From the IMG/VR virus record IMGVR_UViG_3300010352_001343: a stretch of DNA of 64,000 bases, one strand, 5' to 3'. A program made the position numbers and the translations under genes. This document shows positions 27,749 to 37,711 of this stretch, piece by piece (position 1 is the stretch's first letter; each line of letters begins with the position of its first letter). The notes below the pieces were generated by a model that saw nothing but the letters and a program-made list of their open reading frames with translations, was not told the origin of the DNA and did no database searches. Source of the stretch: an uncultured virus (IMG/VR IMGVR_UViG_3300010352_001343) (taxonomy: Duplodnaviria; Heunggongvirae; Uroviricota; Caudoviricetes).

Positions 27749-30127
27749 ATGGCTAAAAGTAAATTATCTAAACACTATGTCATTGATAGTGATGATGATT
27801 TAGAAAGACTTATTCAGGCTTGTAAAAAAACCAGAGTTATTGCTTATGACTTTGAAACTACGGGCCTGAAGAAGTTTAATAAAGACTTCAAAGCTACACT
27901 ATTATCAATAACCTTTCAAGCTGGGAGTTCTATAATAATACCACTATGTCATCATGAAAGAACACCTAAACAACAAAAACAAGGTTTAAAATGGTTAGAA
28001 AAATTTGGTAGGGAAATATTAGAGAATCCACTAATTACTAAGTATGCTTGGAATATGAAGTATGATAACCAAGTGTTACGTCTATATAATATCTATATTA
28101 GAGGTATTTTAATTGATGGTATGTTAGCTAAATATACGCTTGATGAATCAAAGCCAAATGATTTAAAAAGTATGGTTGTTAGATATTTACCTAAAAAAGC
28201 TGGTTATCAAAAAGAATCAAATTTTGATAAATGGCCATGGGATAAAAAACCTTGGGATTTATTAAAAGCATATGCCGCCACAGATACCGATGCTACTTTC
28301 CAATTATGCACATTCTTTGAAAAGAGGTTAATAGAAGAAGGTTTCTACCCATTATTCCGTAATCTAATTATGGCAGCCTCTAAAGTACTAACTAATGTTG
28401 AATATCATGGATTACCAATTAATTGGGACTTTAATAAAGAGCTAGAAATTAAATATAGTAAACTTATAGAAGATATTAATTTAGAAATAAGATCTTTACC
28501 ACCTATTGTAAGATTTCAAAAGAGATACAATAAAGATCGGGTTAATACCTATATTTCTAAGTTAGAGTCCGATTTAGAAGATTTAGAAAATGATAGAACT
28601 TTAATGTTAAGGGCTACAAAAACAGATCAAAATGAGTTAACTAAGATTGATAAAAAGATCAAATCAATTGAGACCAGAATTTCTAATGTTTTAACTGGTG
28701 TTTATACAAATAATAAAGAAAGACTCTTACTACGACCTATTAATTTTGGTTCTACTCAAGAGATGGTTAAATTACTATATGAAGCTAAGTATGGGTTAAA
28801 ACTACCAGTATTAAAATACACTAAAAACAAAAACAAAAAGAACCGAGGTAAAAAAGAAGTTAAGAATCCAAGTACTGATGAAGAAGTTTTAGAAAAACTA
28901 ATTAAAGAAGGTTATGATAGTTCTGGGTTTATTTCTAAGCTTTTAAAACTTAGAGATTATGAACACAACATGAGCACCTTTATACTTGGTTATCAATCAT
29001 TCAAACAAGATGATGGTAAGATGCATGGGTCTTTCCACATACATGGAACAGTAACTGGTAGGTTAAGTAGTAGTGAACCAAATCTACAACAAATACCAAA
29101 AAAAGAAGTTAACCAAGATATTAAAAAACAATATATAACTCCAAAAGGTAAACTATTCTTTTCTTATGACTACTCGCAAGCTGAGTTAAGAATGATGGCT
29201 CACTTATCAGGTGATGAAACATTATTAGAAGCGTTTAGAACTGGGAAGGATCCACACTTACTCATTGCTTGTAAGAAATATGGTTTTGATTATGATAAAA
29301 TCTACCCAATCTACAAAGATGAAACCCATAAAGATTATAAGATATGGAAAGTTCGTAGGAAACAAGCTAAACAAATTGTATTTGGTACCATCTATGGTAT
29401 TGAAGCATTAAAACTATCTCAACAGTTATCAGATCCAAAGAACAATATTATTGTAACTGAATCTGAAGCTCAACAATTCTTAGATGAATTCTTCAATGAC
29501 TATCCAAAGATTAAAAGATTTATTGAAAAACAAGGTAAATATATGGAAAGACATGGTTATGTATTTTCAGTCTTTGGAAGAAAACGAAGATGTCCAACAA
29601 TTTATTCTGATAAACCATGGGAATACAATGAAGCCAAAAGACAAGCTGTAAATGCACCATGTCAATCTGCTGGTAGTGATATGGCATTATTTGCAAGTAT
29701 ATTACTTGATAGGAAGATGAGATCTGGTAAATTACCAAAAATGCCAGAGGTATCAACCGTACATGATGCTTTATATCACTTTGCTCACCCATCATACCTA
29801 AATCCATATACTATTTACAATTTCCATAAGATTTGTAAAAACCCAAACACCAAAAAATATTTTGGATTTAGTATAGATGATGTCTCAATGGAAGTTGATT
29901 TCAAAGTTGGTAGAACTCTAGAGGAAGAACTACCATATATCCCTGGTTATGACTATTCTAATTTACTAAAACCAGATTTCTCACCAGAAGAATATCTAAA
30001 ACTTTCTAATGAAACCAATGATATAAATCCTGAAGATTACCCAAAACATTATCCTCAGTATTTTACAAAAGATTTCAAAAGAGCTTTCAAAAAACAATAT
30101 ACTAAGATATTTAATAACGATGATTAA
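27749..30127 (+). CDS. polA: family A DNA polymerase with 3'-5' exonuclease domain
   Basis: DFETTG, WNMKYD, YAATD exo motifs; TGRLSSSEPNLQ, DYSQAELR, RKQAKQIVFGTIYG, VHD. Confidence 0.95.
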   Translation: MAKSKLSKHYVIDSDDDLERLIQACKKTRVIAYDFETTGLKKFNKDFKATLLSITFQAGSSIIIPLCHHERTPKQQKQGLKWLEKFGREILENPLITKYAWNMKYDNQVLRLYNIYIRGILIDGMLAKYTLDESKPNDLKSMVVRYLPKKAGYQKESNFDKWPWDKKPWDLLKAYAATDTDATFQLCTFFEKRLIEEGFYPLFRNLIMAASKVLTNVEYHGLPINWDFNKELEIKYSKLIEDINLEIRSLPPIVRFQKRYNKDRVNTYISKLESDLEDLENDRTLMLRATKTDQNELTKIDKKIKSIETRISNVLTGVYTNNKERLLLRPINFGSTQEMVKLLYEAKYGLKLPVLKYTKNKNKKNRGKKEVKNPSTDEEVLEKLIKEGYDSSGFISKLLKLRDYEHNMSTFILGYQSFKQDDGKMHGSFHIHGTVTGRLSSSEPNLQQIPKKEVNQDIKKQYITPKGKLFFSYDYSQAELRMMAHLSGDETLLEAFRTGKDPHLLIACKKYGFDYDKIYPIYKDETHKDYKIWKVRRKQAKQIVFGTIYGIEALKLSQQLSDPKNNIIVTESEAQQFLDEFFNDYPKIKRFIEKQGKYMERHGYVFSVFGRKRRCPTIYSDKPWEYNEAKRQAVNAPCQSAGSDMALFASILLDRKMRSGKLPKMPEVSTVHDALYHFAHPSYLNPYTIYNFHKICKNPNTKKYFGFSIDDVSMEVDFKVGRTLEEELPYIPGYDYSNLLKPDFSPEEYLKLSNETNDINPEDYPKHYPQYFTKDFKRAFKKQYTKIFNNDD

Positions 30128-30548
30128 AGATTTAAAAAATGATGTTATTAAACTGAAATACAAAGGTCAAATAATCACCATAAACGTAACGAAAGAATTA
30201 CAAATTTCTACTAACCAATTGAATAATGAGCTAAAAGAATCCCCCTCTAATTATGCTTTTCTTTGTCTAATTAGAGATGAATACATTTATAAAAGGGATA
30301 TACTAGAAAAAGAAAAAGACCAAGCTTATGCTGAAGCCTGGATCTCATATAAAGAAAGTAGTACTCCCCCATTAGTAAATGATATGGTAGATAAAAAGGC
30401 TATGGTAAACAGTAATTATGTTCGCATGAATGAAAAGTATATCAAAGCTGTAATGAAAGCTAACCAAATGATTTCAATATGTAGGGCTTACGAATCAAGA
30501 GAAAAATTATTACAAACTGTCTCATCAAATTTAAGAAAAAATCAATAA
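30120..30548 (+). CDS. UvsY-like recombination mediator
   Basis: Size, helical pattern, C-terminal RAYESREKLLQTVSSNLR, context. Confidence 0.55.
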   Translation: MIKDLKNDVIKLKYKGQIITINVTKELQISTNQLNNELKESPSNYAFLCLIRDEYIYKRDILEKEKDQAYAEAWISYKESSTPPLVNDMVDKKAMVNSNYVRMNEKYIKAVMKANQMISICRAYESREKLLQTVSSNLRKNQ

Positions 30549-30552
30549 AAGT

Positions 30553-30939
30553 ATGGATTACAAATTAAAATTTTTAAACAAAGAAGTATTAGCTGAAGTT
30601 AGAAAAAACTTAAGAGGTGTACCACCAGCTGACAAGGTAGTGATCATATCACCAAAAGAATACAAATCTTCTAGTGGTATAATTGTAGAACAAAAAACTG
30701 ATGCTTTACCACGTAAAGGTCAAATTATACAATTACCAAACCATGTATCAGAGTTATATGAGGCCTTTAAAAATGACTTAAATGCTGGTAATATTGTTAC
30801 TTATGGTATGTACGCTGGTAAAGAACTAGTAATGGATTATCTGGAGATACCAGATCAAAAAAATTACATTATTTCAGTGTTGAGTTTAAATGAAATTATG
30901 TATATTGAACAATTAACAAAAGACGATTATGAAAGTTAA
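30553..30939 (+). CDS. groES: co-chaperonin GroES-like
   Basis: P.ADKVVI, KSSSGIIV, G.I, G.IV.YG.YAG.E, EI pattern. Confidence 0.75.
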   Translation: MDYKLKFLNKEVLAEVRKNLRGVPPADKVVIISPKEYKSSSGIIVEQKTDALPRKGQIIQLPNHVSELYEAFKNDLNAGNIVTYGMYAGKELVMDYLEIPDQKNYIISVLSLNEIMYIEQLTKDDYES

Positions 30940-31687
30940 AAACAAAAAAGCATCAACCAGTATGACCACTCGTGAAAGGATGATGAAAAGAAAAGAAGAT
31001 TTAGCAAAAAGGAGTGGAAAGGGGTTAATTTTCCCAAAAACTGGAACTTTAAGGGTTAGAATTAAAAACCCAGGTGATGACCAGGAAATTGGTATTGAGG
31101 TAATACAATTTTACTTAAATCAAGAAATGGGTGGAATTGTATCTCCAGCTACTTTTGATGAGCCATGTCCATTTATGGAAATGTATGAAGAATTAAAAGC
31201 TTCTAAAAACTCTAAAGACAAAGCTTTAGCTGGAAAATTAGTTCCAAAACGTAAATATGTTATTGGTGGCGATGTCTATAAAGATGAAAAAGGTAAAGAG
31301 GTTGATCCAGAAAAATTAAACCGAGGTATATTAATACCCAGAGGGGTTTATCAGGATATTATTGATTTATACCTTGATGAAGATGAATGGGGGAATATGA
31401 CTGATGCCATTGAAGGATATGACATTAAGATCAATCGTTCTGGTTCAACTATGACCGATACCTCATATTCTGTTACACCATGTAGTAAAAAACCTTTACC
31501 AAAAGAACGTAATGGTAATATTGATTTGGAAGCTATCGTAAGAAAGGAGATTAAATCTTATGAGGACTTAGAAGAGATATTAAGTAAATATATGGTTACT
31601 ATTGGTGATGATTTTGATGAAGAAGAGGATGATGAACCAAAAAAGAAAAAAAATAAAGACAAAAAGAAAATCAAAATACGTCGTTAG
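30929..31687 (+). CDS. single-stranded DNA-binding protein (gp32-like)
   Basis: RVRI..P, SPATFDEPCP, D..EGYDIKI.RSG....T.YSV, acidic tail. Confidence 0.7.
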   Translation: MKVKNKKASTSMTTRERMMKRKEDLAKRSGKGLIFPKTGTLRVRIKNPGDDQEIGIEVIQFYLNQEMGGIVSPATFDEPCPFMEMYEELKASKNSKDKALAGKLVPKRKYVIGGDVYKDEKGKEVDPEKLNRGILIPRGVYQDIIDLYLDEDEWGNMTDAIEGYDIKINRSGSTMTDTSYSVTPCSKKPLPKERNGNIDLEAIVRKEIKSYEDLEEILSKYMVTIGDDFDEEEDDEPKKKKNKDKKKIKIRR

Positions 31688-31717
31688 TTGTTTAGTTAAG
31701 TTCATTTTAATTGAAAG

Positions 31718-31749
31718 AAGCTCATACCTAAAAAGTATGGGCTTTTTTT
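31718..31749 (+). terminator. intrinsic terminator after SSB gene
   Basis: AAGCTCATAC/GTATGGGCTT stem followed by T run. Confidence 0.8.
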
Positions 31750-31766
31750 ATCTTAATTTTTAAAAT

Positions 31767-32939
31767 ATGGGTAAAGTAAAGAAAAAGAGTGGTCTGAAGA
31801 TATTGTCAGTAGGACAACTCAATAAGAAATATGGTTTAGCCTTAAATATAGTGGCTTCACAAATTAAAGAGCATGGGTTACATATACCATTAAGATTCTT
31901 ATCATTTAATTATTTAGTTGGGTTTGGTTTACCTTATGGGAAAGTAATTGAACTAATTGGAATGGAGTCATCAGGTAAAACATTGGCTGCTCTAGATGCT
32001 GCTTATTGTACACAACAATTAGGTGGTCATGTAATATGGATCGATGCTGAACAATGTTGGCAAAATAAATGGTCTGAAGAGAATGGTTTAAATCTTGAAC
32101 AGGTAACCGTAATTAGTGATACCCGTATTGAGGTTATCTCAGATGCTATAGCTGATTTATCAATATATTGGAGAAGTAAATTAACTAATAATGAACCAAT
32201 ACTCTTGGTATTAGACTCCATAGCAGCCACTGATTGTGAAGATAATATTAACTCTACTATGACTGAAGGTAAAGCCGATATGGGTAATAGAGCTAAAGCT
32301 ATCTATAAAATGCTTCGTATTAGAAATGAGTTACTTTACAAACTAGGTATAACTCAAATTTACGTGAACCAGATTAGAGATAAATTAAATGTAGGATTTG
32401 GTCAAATGGATACTAATACTACACCAGGTGGTAAAGGATTAGCCTTTTATGCTGCAATAAGAATTGCTTTCTTTGGTGGTAAAACTCTAACTACTAAGTA
32501 TAAAGGTAAAGATCGTAAAACTGGAAGACTAGTAACAATTAGGGTTATAAAAAATAAAGTAGCACCACCAAGGGCTACAATATCTAAAGCACCTATGTAT
32601 AATAACCCTAAATATCATGATGTGGGGTTTGATAGATACTTTGGGTTAGAAGATGTTCTATTAGAATTGGATATTATAAACAAATCATCAGGTGGAGTTT
32701 ATAAGTATCATGGTAAAGTATTATGCAGGGGTGAAGAAAAATTTAGACAGCTTTTAGAAGATGATCCAAAAATAAGAAGAAAGCTTTTAGAAGAAGCTGG
32801 TATTAACACAATTAAAACAACCCAGAAGTTAATAGATAGTTTGGAAGAAAATAGATTTCCAGTATCAGAGGAAGATTTAGATTATGAAAAACACATTGAC
32901 GCTGATGATGAAGATTTAGAAGATGAAGAAACGGAGTAA
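31767..32939 (+). CDS. recA: RecA recombinase
   Basis: GLPYGKVIELIGMESSGKT, WIDAE, LDSIAA, NQIRDK, TTPGGKGLAFYA, KNKVAPP. Confidence 0.95.
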   Translation: MGKVKKKSGLKILSVGQLNKKYGLALNIVASQIKEHGLHIPLRFLSFNYLVGFGLPYGKVIELIGMESSGKTLAALDAAYCTQQLGGHVIWIDAEQCWQNKWSEENGLNLEQVTVISDTRIEVISDAIADLSIYWRSKLTNNEPILLVLDSIAATDCEDNINSTMTEGKADMGNRAKAIYKMLRIRNELLYKLGITQIYVNQIRDKLNVGFGQMDTNTTPGGKGLAFYAAIRIAFFGGKTLTTKYKGKDRKTGRLVTIRVIKNKVAPPRATISKAPMYNNPKYHDVGFDRYFGLEDVLLELDIINKSSGGVYKYHGKVLCRGEEKFRQLLEDDPKIRRKLLEEAGINTIKTTQKLIDSLEENRFPVSEEDLDYEKHIDADDEDLEDEETE

Positions 32940-33897
32940 AGATAATAACCTATTAATGTTGATAGATGGTAGTAACCTCGCTTATAGAGCTTATTACAGG
33001 TTTAAAAAACTAAAATTCAAAGATATACCAACTGGTTTAGTATTTGGATTCTTACGTCAATTATGGATCTATATAACTAGATTTCAACCAAATGATATTA
33101 TAGTTATATTTGATACTTCAAAATCCAAGAAAAGTAATTTCCGTAATAAACTCTTACCAGACTATAAAGGTAATAGAAAACAAGATTTATCATTTAATAT
33201 TGAAGACTTCAATGGTCAATTAATTAAAGTAAGAAAGATCTTAAGAAGACTAGGTATTAAAGTAGTTTGGGATAATGAGGGGTTAAAACATGAGACCGAT
33301 GATTACATAGCTTACTATTCACAAAAACATAAAGGAAAATGTGTTATCATATCTGGCGATAAGGATTTCTGTCAATTAATAAGCCCATCAGTTAAGATGT
33401 TAAAAGTTCAGGGTGAAAAAGACAACCTAATATATGAGTCCAATTGTAAAGAGATCATGGGCGTAGAAGCAAATCAATTTGCTGATTACCTTACTATGGT
33501 TGGTGATAATTCTGATAATATCAAGGGGTATTTTGGTATTGGTGAAGTTAAAGGTAAGCAGTTCTTTGAACAGTTCAAATCCATTAAAAGTTTTCTATTA
33601 ACACCCACAGCTACTTTCAAAGGCATTGACAAAGATGGTTTAAGAGATTTATATAACCGTAATAAATACTTAGTCAACCTGAAAAAAGCATTGAAAAAAT
33701 ACCCAATTAAAAAAGTACCACTAATAAAACCAAGACAATTCAACTATGATAAGATTATAGCTATGTTTGAAGAATATGGTTTAAAATCTTTTACGTTAGA
33801 TGATTTCTTAAAACCTTTTAAACAATTACAAAATGAAAGTAATGATGGCCGGGCCATCCGGAATAGGAAAAACAACCTTAGCAAAAATACTAAGTGA
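32923..33897 (+). CDS. 5'-3' (flap) exonuclease
   Basis: LIDGSNLAYRAY, YKGNR, ETDD, SGDKDF.QL, GDNSDNIKG..GIG. Confidence 0.9.
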   Translation: MKKRSKDNNLLMLIDGSNLAYRAYYRFKKLKFKDIPTGLVFGFLRQLWIYITRFQPNDIIVIFDTSKSKKSNFRNKLLPDYKGNRKQDLSFNIEDFNGQLIKVRKILRRLGIKVVWDNEGLKHETDDYIAYYSQKHKGKCVIISGDKDFCQLISPSVKMLKVQGEKDNLIYESNCKEIMGVEANQFADYLTMVGDNSDNIKGYFGIGEVKGKQFFEQFKSIKSFLLTPTATFKGIDKDGLRDLYNRNKYLVNLKKALKKYPIKKVPLIKPRQFNYDKIIAMFEEYGLKSFTLDDFLKPFKQLQNESNDGRAIRNRKNNLSKNTK

Positions 33898-34462
33898 AGA
33901 TCTAAACATACCATTCATATCAGGTTCATATTCTGAGCTGGTACCATCTACTAAAGATGTCAAACATGAAGATATGATAAAAAAGAATACACAAGATATA
34001 TTACAAGAAGATATAGATCTTTTTCGTAAAAGAAGAGATATCTTTAATAATGCAATAGAGTTTATATCGGATAGGTCTTTTGTAGATAATATAGCTTATC
34101 ATATTAATAAGTTATCATACCAAGTAGATGAATCAGATATAACTATCTTTATTGATGCTTGTATACAATCTCTAGCCACCATACCAACACATTTGATATT
34201 TATACCTTATAGAGCTGATATGATAGATAGTTTTAAAATTGAAGACAATCATAAAAGGATAATTAATCCATGGTATCAAATTCAAATCAGTAGTTTAATG
34301 ACTACTATTATAACACAACTTTTAAATAAAACCTTTATGACTAAAGATAATTACAAATCAATGGTATCTAAAGAAGATGGTTTAAAAGTTTTAGTGTTAT
34401 TAACAACTAACTTAGAAGAACGTGTAAATATAACTAAACAATTTTTAACTGATGAATCCTAA
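33833..34462 (+). CDS. P-loop nucleotide (dNMP-type) kinase
   Basis: GPSGIGKTT; ISDRSFVDNIAY. Confidence 0.7.
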   Translation: MKVMMAGPSGIGKTTLAKILSEDLNIPFISGSYSELVPSTKDVKHEDMIKKNTQDILQEDIDLFRKRRDIFNNAIEFISDRSFVDNIAYHINKLSYQVDESDITIFIDACIQSLATIPTHLIFIPYRADMIDSFKIEDNHKRIINPWYQIQISSLMTTIITQLLNKTFMTKDNYKSMVSKEDGLKVLVLLTTNLEERVNITKQFLTDES

Positions 34463-35432
34463 AAAAGTTATAGGTATAGCTTTTTCTGACCTACATATCC
34501 ATGATTATAGCAAATTCAATAAAAATAATAGCCGGACACTTAATCACTTTGATGTAATCACTCAGGTTACAGATCTTTGTTCTGATTATAAGTGTCCAGC
34601 TTTTTTTATTGGTGATTTATTCCACAGGCCAGAGTTTATTACACAAAGTTTATTAAAACAATCCATAGAATTTTTTAAAGACAAAGTTGGTCAATGGCCT
34701 ATCTATTGTATTAGTGGTAATCATGATACCCCTTATGTAACTACTATTGATGGTGAACAAGTAAATTATATAGATACCTTATCAAAGGTATTCCCATCTT
34801 TTATTATACCAGTACATAATAGAACTATTAAACTGAAGATTAATGGTAAGAAATTTGCTATTACTGGTTTAAATTATATTGACCATAATATTGGGGTTAA
34901 CCAATGGCTAAAAGAATATCAGCCAGTGAGAGACACTATATGTATGTTGCATACTGATTACCAAGGTGCTAAAGATACTGATGGTTCTCAAATAGATTCA
35001 GTAGAGAACTTAAATACAAATTTGTTAAAGTCTTTTAAATTAGTTTTATTAGGCCATATACACCAACCACAAAGATTAGGTAAGAAAACCTATATGGTTG
35101 GTGCACCATTACAACAAAGGCGTACTGATAAGAATTGTGAAGATTTGGGATATTTAATTATATATGATGATTTTTCTGTAGAATGGAAGAAATTTGATAA
35201 ACAATATCCACGATTTATTGATGTATCTAGTGACCAAGATATTAAAGATGATGGAAATTACTATACATTGATTGAAAAATCACTGGAGAGCTTTGAAAAA
35301 GTTGAAACTTCACATGGTATTGAAAAAAGTTTATCAAAAACAAAAATAGCTAAACGTTATTTAAAACACAGAGGCATTAAAGACGAAGGCAAGAAGAAAA
35401 TTTTAATTAAAGTTTTAAAAGACTCGGAATGA
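34452..35432 (+). CDS. sbcD: SbcD/Mre11-like nuclease
   Basis: SDLH, GDLFH, GNHD, GHIH metallophosphoesterase motifs. Confidence 0.9.
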   Translation: MNPKKVIGIAFSDLHIHDYSKFNKNNSRTLNHFDVITQVTDLCSDYKCPAFFIGDLFHRPEFITQSLLKQSIEFFKDKVGQWPIYCISGNHDTPYVTTIDGEQVNYIDTLSKVFPSFIIPVHNRTIKLKINGKKFAITGLNYIDHNIGVNQWLKEYQPVRDTICMLHTDYQGAKDTDGSQIDSVENLNTNLLKSFKLVLLGHIHQPQRLGKKTYMVGAPLQQRRTDKNCEDLGYLIIYDDFSVEWKKFDKQYPRFIDVSSDQDIKDDGNYYTLIEKSLESFEKVETSHGIEKSLSKTKIAKRYLKHRGIKDEGKKKILIKVLKDSE

Positions 35433-37138
35433 TTTCATTTGGAAACTTAATAGTAGAGGGGTTCTGTTCAATTATAACTCCAACAACCTTTAATCTAAAT
35501 AGTAATGGTATTACTGTAATACGTGGTAAAACTGGTTCAGGTAAAACCACTATATTATCAGCTTTAGTTTGGGCTTTATATGGTGTAAATCTGAAAGAGG
35601 TATCAGATGTAAATACTTGGCCCAAATATCAACCTAAAGATTATCAAGGTACTAAAGTATCAATTTATTTTAAAATTGATAATCGATTATACAGCGTAAC
35701 AAGGTGCCAGAATTATAAAGGTAAAGTACATGGGTCCAAAGGTAAGGATAACTTATTCTTCTTTGAAGAGGGGGTATTAGTAAATGTTAAAGGTAGGAAG
35801 AATATACAAAAAGAAATAGAAAAAACACTTAAGTTAAGTTACAGAGTCTTTATCAATAGTGTACTATTTGGCCAAGGGTTAAAGAGACTTATTAATGAGA
35901 CTAACAGTGATCAGAAAGCCCTTTTTGAGGAAATATTTGATGTATCTTATACTACCCAGGCTAAGACTAAAGCTATGGAAATGTATAAACTAGAGAAAGA
36001 TATATTAAATACTCTTAATGAGAAAAAGTCCGTTTTGGAAGCTAGCTTAAATGCTTATAAAGACAACTATAGAATGTCTAAGATTGAATCTAAAAAGTTT
36101 GACTCACAACAAAAAGAAGAGTTAGATAAACTTAATTCAAGATTAGAAAAGTTTAACATTAGATTAGAAGAGTTAAAAACTTCTTTTAATATAAATAATA
36201 TTAGCCGTTTAAAGTCTAAAGTTGAGAAGCTTTCAGAAAAGATTGTTGAAATAAATAAAGCTTATAAAGAGAGTATGAAGTTTGAAGATATGCCTATAAT
36301 AGACTTAGTCAGTGAGGTTATTAAACTTCTAGAAGAGAAAAAGTACAAACAGTGCATCGGCAAACTAAGAGGAATACAAGGCGCATTAGTAAATGCCCAA
36401 GAGCTTAATGAAAAAAAAGAGGCTTTACTATCAACCATATCTAAGAAAAAAACTAAATTAAACAAATTAGTCTTTAATCAAACAGAAATCACACACCATG
36501 AGAAACAGATTAAAACTATTAAGTCTGATATCTTTGAATTAAAATGTAAAAAGCCATCTAAAGTAAAAACTGAATTACTAGATAAGATAAAGAAGATTGA
36601 AGAAGAATTGGAAGAGGTAAACCTTCAATATGAACCTCAACTAAAAAAGGTTGAAGACATCAAATGGGTAATAGATGATGCTTTAAGTAATCATGGTATA
36701 AAGGCTTATTTATTTGAATCATCTTTGTCAAGTTTAAACAAAATATTGGACTCATATAGTGAAGTTCTAGAGCTTAATATTCAATATATGATTGATACTT
36801 CCACTAAGAAAAAAGATTTTACTACGATAATCAGGTTTGAGGGTCAAACCGTCTTGTATGAAGAACTATCTGGTGGACAAAAACAATTGGTTCATTTAGC
36901 TATGGCTTTTGCAGTAAATCAATTGGTAACGACAGACTTAGGTTTAAACATAGCCTTCTTAGATGAGATCTTCGAGAATTTATCTGAAGATAAAATAGAT
37001 GTAGTAGTGAATTTAATAAGGTATATCTATAAAGATAAGAGTTTGTTCATCATAACTCACCAAGATACCTTACCAATTCCTTCATCAAAGACTTTATATA
37101 CAAAGAGAAATAAAGGCCTTTCATCTTATAATTTTTAA
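35429..37138 (+). CDS. sbcC: SbcC/Rad50-like ATPase
   Basis: GKTGSGKTT, coiled coil, LSGGQ, FLDE, ITH. Confidence 0.9.
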   Translation: MISFGNLIVEGFCSIITPTTFNLNSNGITVIRGKTGSGKTTILSALVWALYGVNLKEVSDVNTWPKYQPKDYQGTKVSIYFKIDNRLYSVTRCQNYKGKVHGSKGKDNLFFFEEGVLVNVKGRKNIQKEIEKTLKLSYRVFINSVLFGQGLKRLINETNSDQKALFEEIFDVSYTTQAKTKAMEMYKLEKDILNTLNEKKSVLEASLNAYKDNYRMSKIESKKFDSQQKEELDKLNSRLEKFNIRLEELKTSFNINNISRLKSKVEKLSEKIVEINKAYKESMKFEDMPIIDLVSEVIKLLEEKKYKQCIGKLRGIQGALVNAQELNEKKEALLSTISKKKTKLNKLVFNQTEITHHEKQIKTIKSDIFELKCKKPSKVKTELLDKIKKIEEELEEVNLQYEPQLKKVEDIKWVIDDALSNHGIKAYLFESSLSSLNKILDSYSEVLELNIQYMIDTSTKKKDFTTIIRFEGQTVLYEELSGGQKQLVHLAMAFAVNQLVTTDLGLNIAFLDEIFENLSEDKIDVVVNLIRYIYKDKSLFIITHQDTLPIPSSKTLYTKRNKGLSSYNF

Positions 37139-37170
37139 ACCGACTATTATAAACTATAAAAACTAAGTAG

Positions 37171-37710
37171 ATGAGAAAGAACAGTAAGAAAAAAGGAAAT
37201 AGGTTTGAAAGAGTAGTTTGTAAGTTCTGGGAAGATTGGACTACATACGAATTTCAAAGAGTACCACAGTCTGGTGGTTTAAGGTGGAAGAATACTTCTG
37301 ATATAACTTCAGATGTTATTTGTACTGATAAGAAACATTCTAAAAGATTCCCATTCAGTATAGAATGTAAATCACACCAAGATATCAGGTTTGAACATAG
37401 TTTATTACAACTTAAGACAGCCAAAATAAATGACTTCTGGGCTCAAACCAAATCTGATGCTAGAAGAGGTAACAAACTCCCAATATTATTTATGAAATAT
37501 AATGGTATGCCAAAGGATGAGATGTTTGTATGTCTCAGCTTTAAGTCAGCTTATCCATTAACATTAACCTGTAAAAAACCATACTCCATTATAAATAACT
37601 TTGGTGAAGACAAAGAATCAGTAGTAATTATGATGGCTTCAGATATATTAGAAAATTCTGATTACTTAGAGTTTTATAAACATAATAGACAACTACTAAA
37701 AGAGAACTAA
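37171..37710 (+). CDS. Holliday junction resolvase (PD-(D/E)xK, Hjc-like)
   Basis: SKKKGNRFER, RVPQSGG, SD, IECK, FWAQ. Confidence 0.8.
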   Translation: MRKNSKKKGNRFERVVCKFWEDWTTYEFQRVPQSGGLRWKNTSDITSDVICTDKKHSKRFPFSIECKSHQDIRFEHSLLQLKTAKINDFWAQTKSDARRGNKLPILFMKYNGMPKDEMFVCLSFKSAYPLTLTCKKPYSIINNFGEDKESVVIMMASDILENSDYLEFYKHNRQLLKEN

Positions 37711-37711
37711 T

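Noticed and set aside
27749..32939. Introns or inteins in PolA and RecA
   Set aside because: Motifs are contiguous and lengths ordinary; no splice-junction or homing-endonuclease signatures seen
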